A program made the translations under genes and the position numbers. A DNA stretch of 24,000 bases from Candidatus Saccharimonadales bacterium (GTDB lineage: Bacteria; Patescibacteriota; Saccharimonadia; Saccharimonadales; UBA4665). The stretch is from positions 3,155 through 27,154 of the forward strand of contig DATIIK010000003.1 of assembly GCA_035479715.1 (NCBI GenBank), read 5' to 3'. Under the pieces are notes generated by a model, which searched no databases, had not been told where the DNA came from, and saw only the letters and a program-made list of their open reading frames with translations. This document shows positions 8,206 to 16,069 of this stretch, piece by piece. Position 1 is the first letter of the stretch. The number at the start of each line of letters is the position of its first letter.

Positions 8206-8607
8206 ATGAGTGGGGCACAGCAGTCAACAGTTCACACTGCCGAGATTCAAATCTTGGCAATGGAACCAACCGACAGCATCCTCGACCGCCTGGCACGACG
8301 AATATATCTGAGGCAGGTCGACCCCGTACTGCTAGGCCTTGTCGGCACTTCGCGCATCAACATCCGCATCGCCGTCAAATCCGACAGCATGGTGTATGCC
8401 ACTGAAGTCATGGACCACTGCGACGTTCGGGGCCTGCGCATCACGCGGCTCTATCTGAAGATACTGGATTTCTTCCCGGGTGCCTACATCATCGTGGACA
8501 TCGACGAGCAGAACTTCAAACAGCCCGTGCAGCGCTACACCAAGTGCGCCAGCGGTGACCCCGACGAGATCCGTGCGCTCCTGCTTCCGCAGCAGTCTGT
8601 GCAGTAA
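8206..8607 (+). CDS. Orphan hypothetical protein (133 aa)
   Basis: ATG preceded by GAGAGAGGGCACCGCT. Protein MSGAQQSTVHTAEIQILAMEPTDSILDRL... looks foldable. Promoter-like sequence upstream. No family recognised. Confidence 0.6.
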   Translation: MSGAQQSTVHTAEIQILAMEPTDSILDRLARRIYLRQVDPVLLGLVGTSRINIRIAVKSDSMVYATEVMDHCDVRGLRITRLYLKILDFFPGAYIIVDIDEQNFKQPVQRYTKCASGDPDEIRALLLPQQSVQ

Positions 8608-8642
8608 AGCCCCCGTAAAGACTACGACCGAAAGGTACAGAG

Positions 8643-9083
8643 ATGGACCCGAAAACCGTACTCTACACGATTCCGCGTACCGGCCACTGCAAGCACAACG
8701 ATCTGCAGACCCTGCTGGAAGCGGCACACGAGCGCAGCGCCTTCGGCTTCGGCGGAAGTCCGCCCCTGGACAGGCTCTACCTCAGCCACGATGACGGTCG
8801 CGGAACCTCTTGGGAGCTGTGCTACCTGGCCACCACGCTGACGCAAGCCGTTGCGCTGTTCCAGTGCACCGGCACTGATCATGACGGCAAGCCCGCTATG
8901 TTCTACGTCGGCGCGATCAAGACGAGCAGCACAACTGATTGGCACCTCACCCAACGGACGGTTATCGGTACCCCCATGCCGGAGTGCGACTACGAAGAGC
9001 TGCCGCTGCTCCCGCAGCTGCATAATCTGCAGTGGCACGGACAGGTGCTCGACCAGCTGGCCGCGAACGCTATCAGCGCCTGA
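8643..9083 (+). CDS. Orphan hypothetical protein (146 aa)
   Basis: Second ORF of a two-gene cassette: MDPKTVLYTIPRTGHCKHNDLQTLLEAAHERSAFGFGG... Weak GGTACAG upstream. The opposite-strand ORF 8622-9206 overlaps it, but the + strand reading fits the promoter and terminator layout better. Confidence 0.55.
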   Translation: MDPKTVLYTIPRTGHCKHNDLQTLLEAAHERSAFGFGGSPPLDRLYLSHDDGRGTSWELCYLATTLTQAVALFQCTGTDHDGKPAMFYVGAIKTSSTTDWHLTQRTVIGTPMPECDYEELPLLPQLHNLQWHGQVLDQLAANAISA

Positions 9084-9181
9084 CCACTCTCTCGGTACTA
9101 TCAGTCGACAGAGGTCGTGGGAATGCTTTCGAGTGTCCGTTTCTGGACGCCTCCTTAAGTACATTCTCCCCTCTCTCGACC

Positions 9182-9248
9182 GCACGTTTACGAGTAGGGT
9201 CCTCATATCCAGAATCGTACTGATGAGTCCTAGCAGGACGAAACGTGT
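9182..9248 (+). ncRNA. Type III hammerhead ribozyme (self-cleaving RNA)
   Basis: Stem III GCACGT(9182-9187)/ACGTGT(9243-9248); H17 = U9188; stem I TACGA(9189-9193)/TCGTA(9215-9219), distal part GGGT(9197-9200)/ATCC(9207-9210); core CUGAUGA(9220-9226); stem II GTCCT(9227-9231)/AGGAC(9235-9239) with G10.1-C11.1; core GAA(9240-9242), then A15.1 (9243) pairing U16.1 (9187). Predicted cleavage between 9188 and 9189. Confidence 0.88.
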
Positions 9249-9258
9249 TTAAGACAGC

Positions 9259-9286
9259 AAAACACCCCGAGTAAACGGGGTGTTTT
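9259..9286 (+). terminator. Strong intrinsic terminator, probably bidirectional (orphan cassette + / ppa -)
   Basis: AAAACACCCCG (9259-9269) / CGGGGTGTTTT (9276-9286), 11 bp stem, 6-nt loop AGTAAA. Confidence 0.88.
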
Positions 9287-9304
9287 ATTCTGACAACGGT
9301 TAGC

Positions 9305-9844
9305 TCAAGCTTGCTTCTGGTTGTTCCAGCGCTCAATCGACTCTTTGACGATCGCTTTGGCGGCCTCGATGTCACCCCAGCCTTGCACTACTGTAGTGCC
9401 CGGCTTCTTGAGGTCTTTGTAGTGTGAGAAGTGCTCTGCCATCTTCTGCTTCCAACGCTCACCCATATCATCAAGCGTCTTAATGCTGTCGCCGGTGTTG
9501 CGGTCATCTGCCGGCACTACTACGATCTTGTAGTCTGCCTCGCCGTCATCCACGAAGTTCAGCATACCGATGATGCGGGCCTCAAGCCAGACGCCGGTCG
9601 GAATCGGCGCGTCGCACACAACCAGCGTGTCCAGTTCGTCACCGTCTTCATCAAGTGTCTGCGGAATAAAGCCGTAGTTGACGGGCTTTGCGTAGATACT
9701 CGGCTCGACGCGGTCGATCATGAAGGCGGCACGCCCGCGGTCCCATTCGATCTTCAAAAAGCTGCCCTGGGGAATCTCTACGACCGTGTTCACGGTACCG
9801 TTCTGGTAATCACCAGGTGTCAGGACTTGGTTAAAATCTGCCAC
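9305..9844 (-). CDS. ppa: Inorganic pyrophosphatase (family I)
   Basis: VVEIPQGSFLKIEWD, AKPVNYGFIPQTLDEDGDELDTLVV, VVPADDRN motifs. Proposed GTG start at 9844 (AAGGAG upstream); the ORF extends to 9916, which would overlap the divergent gene. Confidence 0.9.
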   Translation of the reverse strand: MADFNQVLTPGDYQNGTVNTVVEIPQGSFLKIEWDRGRAAFMIDRVEPSIYAKPVNYGFIPQTLDEDGDELDTLVVCDAPIPTGVWLEARIIGMLNFVDDGEADYKIVVVPADDRNTGDSIKTLDDMGERWKQKMAEHFSHYKDLKKPGTTVVQGWGDIEAAKAIVKESIERWNNQKQA

Positions 9845-9898
9845 TATATTGTACTCCTTACTCTGTTTTACTCCCTGATATTGTACACTACTAGTATC

Positions 9899-10579
9899 AT
9901 GAAAATCATCGGCCACCGTGGTGCCAAAGGGCTGGCTCCCGAAAATACCCTGGCCTCATTCAAAAAAGCACTCGAGCACCATGTCGACCAGATAGAATTT
10001 GACCTGCGGGTCACTCGCGACCATATCGTGGTCATCAACCACAACAAAGAGGTCGCCGACCCCGCCGGCACCAAACTACTCATCCGTGCAAGTACGCTAG
10101 AGCAGTTACGCAGGCACAAGCCGGACCTTATGACGTTCCAGGAATTCTTGGACGTCATCGACCACCGTGCGCACCTCCTCGTCGAAATCAAGCCTGGCGA
10201 GCCAACCAAGCAGATCATCGCCATGCTCAAAGAAGACATCGGCCGAGGAAGGCCAGCGGAGAACATATCCGTGGGATCATTTAGCCAGTCTATCCTGCGA
10301 CAGATTCACACGGCACTACCCCGGCTGGAGCTGGTCGTGATCGAGCACTGGTCGGGTATGTACGCCACCTGGCGCGCACGCCGCCTGGGCGCACGCCGTA
10401 TCAATATGCGCTCATGGTGGCTGTGGCGCGGCTTCCTACGGGCCATGCACCGGCGCGGGTACCAGATATCGCCCTACACCATGAATAGTGAACACAACCG
10501 CCGGCGCCTGCAGAAATGGCGACCGTACATCTACGGTGTCATCACCGACTACCCCGACCGCTTTAAGCGTCTGCGATGA
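9899..10579 (+). CDS. Glycerophosphodiester phosphodiesterase family protein
   Basis: MKIIGHRGAKGLAPENTLASFKKALEHHVDQIEFDLRVTRDHIVVINHN - classic GDPD HRG...PENT...E.D motif. Start placed at 9899 within the 9431-10579 ORF. Confidence 0.9.
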   Translation: MKIIGHRGAKGLAPENTLASFKKALEHHVDQIEFDLRVTRDHIVVINHNKEVADPAGTKLLIRASTLEQLRRHKPDLMTFQEFLDVIDHRAHLLVEIKPGEPTKQIIAMLKEDIGRGRPAENISVGSFSQSILRQIHTALPRLELVVIEHWSGMYATWRARRLGARRINMRSWWLWRGFLRAMHRRGYQISPYTMNSEHNRRRLQKWRPYIYGVITDYPDRFKRLR

Positions 10580-10591
10580 TACACTGATTGC

Positions 10592-11263
10592 ATGCGCGTG
10601 AGATTTACGCATAAGGAAGAGCTTGTTCCCAGTATCTGGCAGTATTTTTTTGTACCCGAGCGGCCGGTAGATTTCATACCGGGACAATATACCAGTTTCC
10701 ATATGACACGCCCGCTGGATGACCCCCGCGGCCAGAGCCGTGTCTTTTCGTTCACCTCACTCCCCTCCGACGAACATGTCAGTTTCGTTGCCAAGTTCGT
10801 GCCGCCACTCAGCCCTTATAAACAAGCCCTGCAGGCACTGCAGCCCGATGATGAACTGTGGGTCGAGGACGCCATGGGTGACCTAGTATTACCCAAGCTC
10901 ACTAGCGTGCCCTTAGTATTCATCGCCGGTGGCATCGGCCTGGCATCGTATATCAGTATGCTGCGGCAGCTTCTGACAGACCGCGAGGAGCGGCAGATAT
11001 TCCTGTTCTATGCCGTACGTAACCAAGCTGAGCAGATCTTCACCGATGTTTTAGGTGCCTACCCCCTAGCACTCAAGCACATCACCATCACACCCCACCG
11101 ATTGACCGCTGATGAGATAGTCGGATCGGTACCGCCGGATACATTCTATTACCTATCGGGCAGCCAGAGGTTTGTCGAAGGATTGCAGGCTGATTTTGAG
11201 CAAGTGGGCATCCCGCGCGAACGGATCGTGTTTGATTATTTTGACGGCTACACCGAACTCTAA
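10592..11263 (+). CDS. FAD/NAD(P)-binding ferredoxin reductase-like oxidoreductase
   Basis: FIPGQYTSFHM, SRVFSFTSLP (RxYS-like FAD motif), VFIAGGIGLASYISML (GG[IV]G motif), C-terminal DYFDGY. Confidence 0.82.
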   Translation: MRVRFTHKEELVPSIWQYFFVPERPVDFIPGQYTSFHMTRPLDDPRGQSRVFSFTSLPSDEHVSFVAKFVPPLSPYKQALQALQPDDELWVEDAMGDLVLPKLTSVPLVFIAGGIGLASYISMLRQLLTDREERQIFLFYAVRNQAEQIFTDVLGAYPLALKHITITPHRLTADEIVGSVPPDTFYYLSGSQRFVEGLQADFEQVGIPRERIVFDYFDGYTEL

Positions 11264-11290
11264 AAAGGCGCCGCTTATGAACGCCTTTTT
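11262..11290. terminator. Bidirectional intrinsic terminator between the convergent reductase and trxB-like genes
   Basis: AAAAAGGCG (11262-11270) / CGCCTTTTT (11282-11290). T-tract on either strand. Confidence 0.8.
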
Positions 11291-11304
11291 GGTTTTGCTG
11301 CTTG

Positions 11305-12264
11305 TTAGTTCTGGATGGGGTGGTGCCGGCCTTCGAGATACTCGCGGATCTTGAGTGCTGCCGTGGCGCCTTCGCCGGCCGCGCTGGCAATCTGCATAGT
11401 GGCACAGCTGCGGATATCACCCGCTACAAATACGCCCTTCATGTTGGTCTGAAGGTTCTCGTCGCTCTTTACCAGATGGATGTGGTCCAGCTCGATGCCG
11501 CTGCCTTCCAGGAATTCGCTGTTCGGCTTGAGCCCCACGAATACGAAGACGCCATCAGTTGGGAATTCGACCTTTTTGCCGTCATGGGTACCCACCACTT
11601 TAGTAACTGAGCTGTTCTCGCCCGCTATCTCATCAGTAGTTACACCCAGGTGGACGGTCACTTTGCCTTCATCGACGTACTTTTGCAGATCGTGCTGCAA
11701 TACATCGCTAGCCTTGATAGTGCTGCGCACCAGCAGGTCTATGTGCGTGGCAAAACGGGTCAGGAACATTGCCTCCTGGATAGCGCTGTTGCCGCCACCG
11801 ACCACGACCAGCCGCTTGTCACGGTAAAAAGCGCCGTCGCAGGTAGCGCAGTAGTGGACACCGCGGGCGTAATATTCCTGCTCGCCCGGTACGCCAATTT
11901 TCTTATAATCACTGCCGGTTGCAATCAGGACAGCCTTGGCTCGCATGTCTCCGCTGGTAGTCTCCAGCCGTTTCCAAGCGCCTTCGTCATGGATCTTGAG
12001 CACCTCGCCTAGTTCTATCTCGGCGCCGAACCGTTCAGCCTGCTTCTGCAGGTTGCCAGCCAGTTCCAGTCCAGCGATGCCCTCGGGGAAACCCGGATAG
12101 TTATCAACCCAGTCGGTCACTGCCGCCAAGCCGCCAGGCACGCCTCGCTCGAACAGCAGTGTGTCGATGTCCTCACGCGTGGTATATATAGCTGCACTGA
12201 GCGCCGCTGGGCCTGCACCGATAATAATCACGTCATGTTCTGGAACGGCTGCCGTCTCGGCCAT
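11305..12264 (-). CDS. trxB: Thioredoxin reductase-like FAD-dependent pyridine nucleotide-disulfide oxidoreductase
   Basis: DVIIIGAGPAALSAAIYTTR, YCATCDGAFYRDK redox site, VVGGGNSAIQEAMFLTRF, GVFVAGDIRS. Start MAETAAVPEHD at 12264 with GGGAG upstream. Confidence 0.9.
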   Translation of the reverse strand: MAETAAVPEHDVIIIGAGPAALSAAIYTTREDIDTLLFERGVPGGLAAVTDWVDNYPGFPEGIAGLELAGNLQKQAERFGAEIELGEVLKIHDEGAWKRLETTSGDMRAKAVLIATGSDYKKIGVPGEQEYYARGVHYCATCDGAFYRDKRLVVVGGGNSAIQEAMFLTRFATHIDLLVRSTIKASDVLQHDLQKYVDEGKVTVHLGVTTDEIAGENSSVTKVVGTHDGKKVEFPTDGVFVFVGLKPNSEFLEGSGIELDHIHLVKSDENLQTNMKGVFVAGDIRSCATMQIASAAGEGATAALKIREYLEGRHHPIQN

Positions 12265-12363
12265 ATACTCTCCCTTATTTCCTCTGTTGATGCAGAATGC
12301 TCCGTACAGTTCCCGGAGCATTCCTAACTTGTTCTATTGTAGCAAAATTTTGAGCTGGAGGCC

Positions 12364-12612
12364 TCAAGCGATTGCTGGTGCCAGCTTGGCCAGGTTGTAG
12401 CCTACCACCACTTCCCTGGTGTCGTCGTGCTTTGTCACCACCGTTACTGGTACGGTCAGGGCACCCGAGAGAGCTAAAGCTTCTTGCTGGCGCTCAGGGT
12501 TCTGGTCAAGGTTCACCTCGTCGTACTCAAAGCCTTTTGCGCCCAGGTATTTCTTGACCATCGGGCAATACGCACAAGTAGTTGTCGTGAAGATAGTGAT
12601 GTTCTTGACCAT
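12364..12612 (-). CDS. Glutaredoxin-like protein
   Basis: 82 aa: MVKNITIFTTTTCAYCPMVKKYLGAKGFEYDEVNLD...TVPVTVV; CxxC (CAYC) and TVP cis-proline motif. Confidence 0.88.
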   Translation of the reverse strand: MVKNITIFTTTTCAYCPMVKKYLGAKGFEYDEVNLDQNPERQQEALALSGALTVPVTVVTKHDDTREVVVGYNLAKLAPAIA

Positions 12613-12698
12613 AATAATGAACCCTCCTGATTATGTCTGATTTTTGTAAGGCTCCCCCGAGTGTTTATTTTAACCCTGCTCAGAAAGTCGTATATATC

Positions 12699-12728
12699 AG
12701 TATATTCTAGCGTAAGCGTAACCGTCAA
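12699..12728 (-). promoter_or_regulatory. Predicted sigma70-like promoter for the glutaredoxin-like gene
   Basis: Minus strand TTGACG (12723-12728), 18-nt spacer, TATACT (12699-12704). Confidence 0.6.
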
Positions 12729-12792
12729 GGGCGCTACATGTAGTGTTTTTTAATACGTTCGGGGCAATTTTGTGCACAACGTCGTCGTAAGG

Positions 12793-13158
12793 CTACTTGC
12801 CTTCGATAGCGACCAACTCGATGTCGAACACCAGGTCTGCATTGGCTGGAATACCCGAGCCGTACGGTGGACGGTCGCCATATGCCTGAGCGGCGGGAAT
12901 CAACAGGCGGCGGGTACCACCGATCTTCATGCCAGGCACGCCCTGTGTCCAACCGGCGATAACACCGTTCAACGGAAAGCTGATCGCCTTGCCGAAATCA
13001 TGCGAGCTCTGGAACACTTCGCCGGTCTTAGCAATGGCGCCCGTGTAGTGACACGTAACCGTATCAGTAGGCGCTACGACCGCGCCGGTACCCTCCACAC
13101 GATCTTCTATTTTTAATTCCGGGACGGTATCAACAGGGGTAAAATCTTGCATGGTCAT
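12793..13158 (-). CDS. FKBP-type peptidyl-prolyl cis-trans isomerase (cytoplasmic form)
   Basis: VTCHYTGAIAKTGEVFQSS, VIAGWTQGVPGMKIGGTRRLLIPAAQAYGDR, IPANADLVFDIELVAI. Confidence 0.92.
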   Translation of the reverse strand: MTMQDFTPVDTVPELKIEDRVEGTGAVVAPTDTVTCHYTGAIAKTGEVFQSSHDFGKAISFPLNGVIAGWTQGVPGMKIGGTRRLLIPAAQAYGDRPPYGSGIPANADLVFDIELVAIEGK

Positions 13159-13164
13159 GTCTCC

Positions 13165-13695
13165 TTATTTTTGGATCCTGAGTAATTTCACGACGAACAC
13201 CAGGTCTGCGTTTGGCGGGATACTACCCTGCCCTTGGTTGCCGTAGCCGAGGGCGGCAGGGATGACCAGGCGCCGCACACTGCCGACTTTCATACCGGCC
13301 AGCCCTTGATCCCAACCACTGATGACCTGGCCTTGGCCAAGTTTAAAGGCAAAGGCCGTCGTGTCGGTGAAGTTTTCGTCAAACTTGGTACCGTCGCTCG
13401 CCAGCGTACCGTAATATTTCATCACCAGACAGTCGCCGTCCTTGGCGCTAGCGCCGCTGCCCTGCTGCAAGTCGGTCTTCTGTAGCTGTGTAACAGCTCC
13501 GTCGGACTTGTAGATTTCGGGGACAGCCAGGGTCGGTTCAGTCTGACTATCGGTACAGGCCTGTTGTGAGCTTTGCGTATCCGTGGATGGCTTGTCGCCG
13601 CCCTGCATCAGGGCAAAAACCGTTACTGCGCAGGCACTTCCCAAAAACAGAACCGCACCGGCCCCAGCAAAAATTCGTTCACGCATTCGCGCCAT
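13165..13695 (-). CDS. FKBP-type peptidyl-prolyl cis-trans isomerase with N-terminal membrane anchor or signal
   Basis: N-terminal hydrophobic segment (AGAGAVLFLGSACAVTVFALM), then MKYYGTLASDGTKFDENF, VISGWDQGLAGMKVGSVRRLVIPAALGYG, IPPNADLVFVVKLL. Confidence 0.92.
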   Translation of the reverse strand: MARMRERIFAGAGAVLFLGSACAVTVFALMQGGDKPSTDTQSSQQACTDSQTEPTLAVPEIYKSDGAVTQLQKTDLQQGSGASAKDGDCLVMKYYGTLASDGTKFDENFTDTTAFAFKLGQGQVISGWDQGLAGMKVGSVRRLVIPAALGYGNQGQGSIPPNADLVFVVKLLRIQK

Positions 13696-13741
13696 AGTCT
13701 ATACTCTCCCGTTAATCCCTTAATAGTGCCATAAAGCCCCC

Positions 13742-14182
13742 TTAGCAGGCAAGCTGCCGTACCGATTCTGAAAAGCCGTGTTCCATGTCATGTACCAATT
13801 GCTTACGGACCGGCTCCCACACTAGGAAGGGCGCACGTGCCAGATCGCTCAGCGGCACCCAGCGGGGCAAGAACTTATTATCCGGCCGTGCTTGGGCTTC
13901 GGGTGCATCGGGTGGCAAGTGCGCTTCACCCGAGACGTAGTTACACAGAAATATATGACTCTGGTTACCATCGGCCAGTGTTAAAAAGTACAGTTTGCGA
14001 ACCGGCCGAACCACACAGCCAGTCTCTTCGGCCAGTTCCCGTACCACCGTCTGCTCCGGCGTTTCACCCGCCTCGATGCCCCCTCCCGGGACCGAAAAAT
14101 AATGCAGGCCATCCCGCCAGCGCTCTATAAGCAAGAGCTCGTCGTCCCTGATGATAATTCCACGGGCGCTGACACGTGGCAT
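13742..14182 (-). CDS. NUDIX hydrolase
   Basis: PGGGIEAGETPEQTVVRELAEETGC (Nudix box). Confidence 0.93.
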   Translation of the reverse strand: MPRVSARGIIIRDDELLLIERWRDGLHYFSVPGGGIEAGETPEQTVVRELAEETGCVVRPVRKLYFLTLADGNQSHIFLCNYVSGEAHLPPDAPEAQARPDNKFLPRWVPLSDLARAPFLVWEPVRKQLVHDMEHGFSESVRQLAC

Positions 14183-14185
14183 GTA

Positions 14186-15970
14186 CTATTCTCCCGCCAT
14201 TTCGAACTGCTGCAGCTTCTTCTTGCCGGCTTCGCTATGGGTCTGCTGCAAGGCCAGCAGCTGCGAGTAGATGCCGCCGCTCGCCGCCAACTCATGGGGT
14301 GAGCCGGTCTCGCCGACCTTGCCACCTACAAGGGTGACGATAGTGTCGACTGTCTGGATCGTGCTGAGGCGGTGGGCGATGATGAGCGTCGTACGGCCTT
14401 TCATCAGGCGTTCGAGCGCCTGCTGTACCAGGCGCTCGCTCTTGGTGTCTAAGCTGCTGGTGGCTTCATCCAGGATCAGGATAGGTGCATCCTTGAGTAG
14501 TGCCCGGGCTATGGCGATACGCTGTTTCTGGCCACCGCTGAGTTTGAGTCCGCGCTCACCGATTTCGCTGTCGTAACCTTTTTCGAACCCACTGATAAAT
14601 TCATGGGCATTTGCCGCTTTTGCGGCGGCCACTACATCTTCCTGGCTGGCATCAGGCCGGCCATAGGCGATGTTCTCGTGGATTGTCCCGCTGAACAGCG
14701 CCGGCTCCTGGAACACCACCGCAATATTCTGACGCAATGACGCCTGCTGCACATCATTGATATTTTGGCCATCAATGGTAATGGCGCCACTGTTTACTTC
14801 GTACAATCTGAGCAGCAGGCTGGTGATGGTGGTCTTGCCTTGTCCGCTTTCTCCTACCAGGGCCAGCTTGCTGTCAGACTTGATGGCAAACGACACGTCC
14901 TGGAGCACCGGCGTGCCCGGCTCGTAGCCGAAGTCCACGCCCGAGAAAACGATTGCGCCTTTGGTAATCCTGATCGGCTTGGCGCCCGTATGGTCACGGA
15001 TCTCCGGCTCCTCGTCCATGACTGCAAAATAGTCGCGGCTATTGGCGATAGCCCGTTGGGTTTGTCCCACCAGAAAACTGATACTGAAGAGTGGGATACG
15101 GATCAGCTGCACATACTGGATAAGTAGCACCATAGTACCGATACTGTAACGGCCCCGGGCGGTCTGGATGAAGATGAAAGCATAGAGGGCAAAGTTGATC
15201 ACTGCCAGTACGGTACGGCGTAGCACATCATGCCAGTGCCAGTGCTTGCTCTGTGGGCTGGTAGTTCTGACAATGCGGCGGTAGAGCGCGTCGAACAGCC
15301 GCAGTTCAAACGCTTCCTGTACAAAGCTTTTGACCACCCGGACCTGTGAAACACTCTCCGCAAAACGACCGCTGGCAATATCGCTATCACTGTTGATTTC
15401 CTTTTGGTAGGCCTGCCACTTTTCGTTGCTGAGCGTAGTGAGCCAGATATAGATCGGATACAGGCTGAGCAGAATCAGCGCTACGACCCACGAGTAATAT
15501 GCCACGATGATGAGCGTGAACACCGTGCTGAACAAGAACTGCAAAAAATTGTTGCTGAGCACCTGGGTATAGGTGGCAATCTGACCGATACCACGGTTCA
15601 TGCGGTTGATGATAGTGCCCGTGAGCTCAGTGTCGAAATAGCGCTGCGGCAAGCTCATGACGTGCTGGTAGTACCGATTGCTAAGCAAGCGCTGCTGCTT
15701 AGCGCTGAGCATATCACCGATGTAGCCGCCAACATTACTAAACAGATTCTGACCCATATCCACCGCAAAGATAAGTATGGCAAACACGGCTACCCTCGTG
15801 ACGTCCACATGGCCGCCAGCAGCAGCTTTGCCAATCTCATCGATAGCGGCCTTGGTCAGCAGCGGAATCACCTGTGACATACCGGCAACCAAGATGGTGA
15901 ATACCGAGATACCTAGGTAGTAGCGCCACAAACTGCCCGTAAAGCGCATGATGCGCCAGATACTCTTCAT
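14186..15970 (-). CDS. ABC transporter, fused transmembrane and ATP-binding half-transporter
   Basis: Walker A GESGQGKTT, signature LSGGQKQRIAIARALL, Walker B ILILDEATSSLD, six-TM exporter-type N-terminus. Start MKSIWRIMRF at 15970. Confidence 0.92.
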   Translation of the reverse strand: MKSIWRIMRFTGSLWRYYLGISVFTILVAGMSQVIPLLTKAAIDEIGKAAAGGHVDVTRVAVFAILIFAVDMGQNLFSNVGGYIGDMLSAKQQRLLSNRYYQHVMSLPQRYFDTELTGTIINRMNRGIGQIATYTQVLSNNFLQFLFSTVFTLIIVAYYSWVVALILLSLYPIYIWLTTLSNEKWQAYQKEINSDSDIASGRFAESVSQVRVVKSFVQEAFELRLFDALYRRIVRTTSPQSKHWHWHDVLRRTVLAVINFALYAFIFIQTARGRYSIGTMVLLIQYVQLIRIPLFSISFLVGQTQRAIANSRDYFAVMDEEPEIRDHTGAKPIRITKGAIVFSGVDFGYEPGTPVLQDVSFAIKSDSKLALVGESGQGKTTITSLLLRLYEVNSGAITIDGQNINDVQQASLRQNIAVVFQEPALFSGTIHENIAYGRPDASQEDVVAAAKAANAHEFISGFEKGYDSEIGERGLKLSGGQKQRIAIARALLKDAPILILDEATSSLDTKSERLVQQALERLMKGRTTLIIAHRLSTIQTVDTIVTLVGGKVGETGSPHELAASGGIYSQLLALQQTHSEAGKKKLQQFEMAGE

Positions 15971-16069
15971 ACCCCTATTGTATCGTATGGATTCTCCGCA
16001 GACCACCATCAGCACCGATGGTGGGTTCCGGGGAATGACAGACGTGAGGAAGCTAAGATGGAAGGAGAT

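Noticed and set aside
8622-9206. 194-aa minus-strand ORF overlapping the second orphan ORF and the ribozyme
   Set aside because: It would run through the hammerhead stem and has no obvious promoter. The + strand reading is supported by promoter, ribozyme and terminator order. Not fully excludable without expression data.
12730-12755. CGCTA-CATG-TAGTG hairpin followed by TTTTTT on the + strand
   Set aside because: It resembles a terminator but no + strand gene ends here. Possibly terminates antisense transcription, too weak to call.
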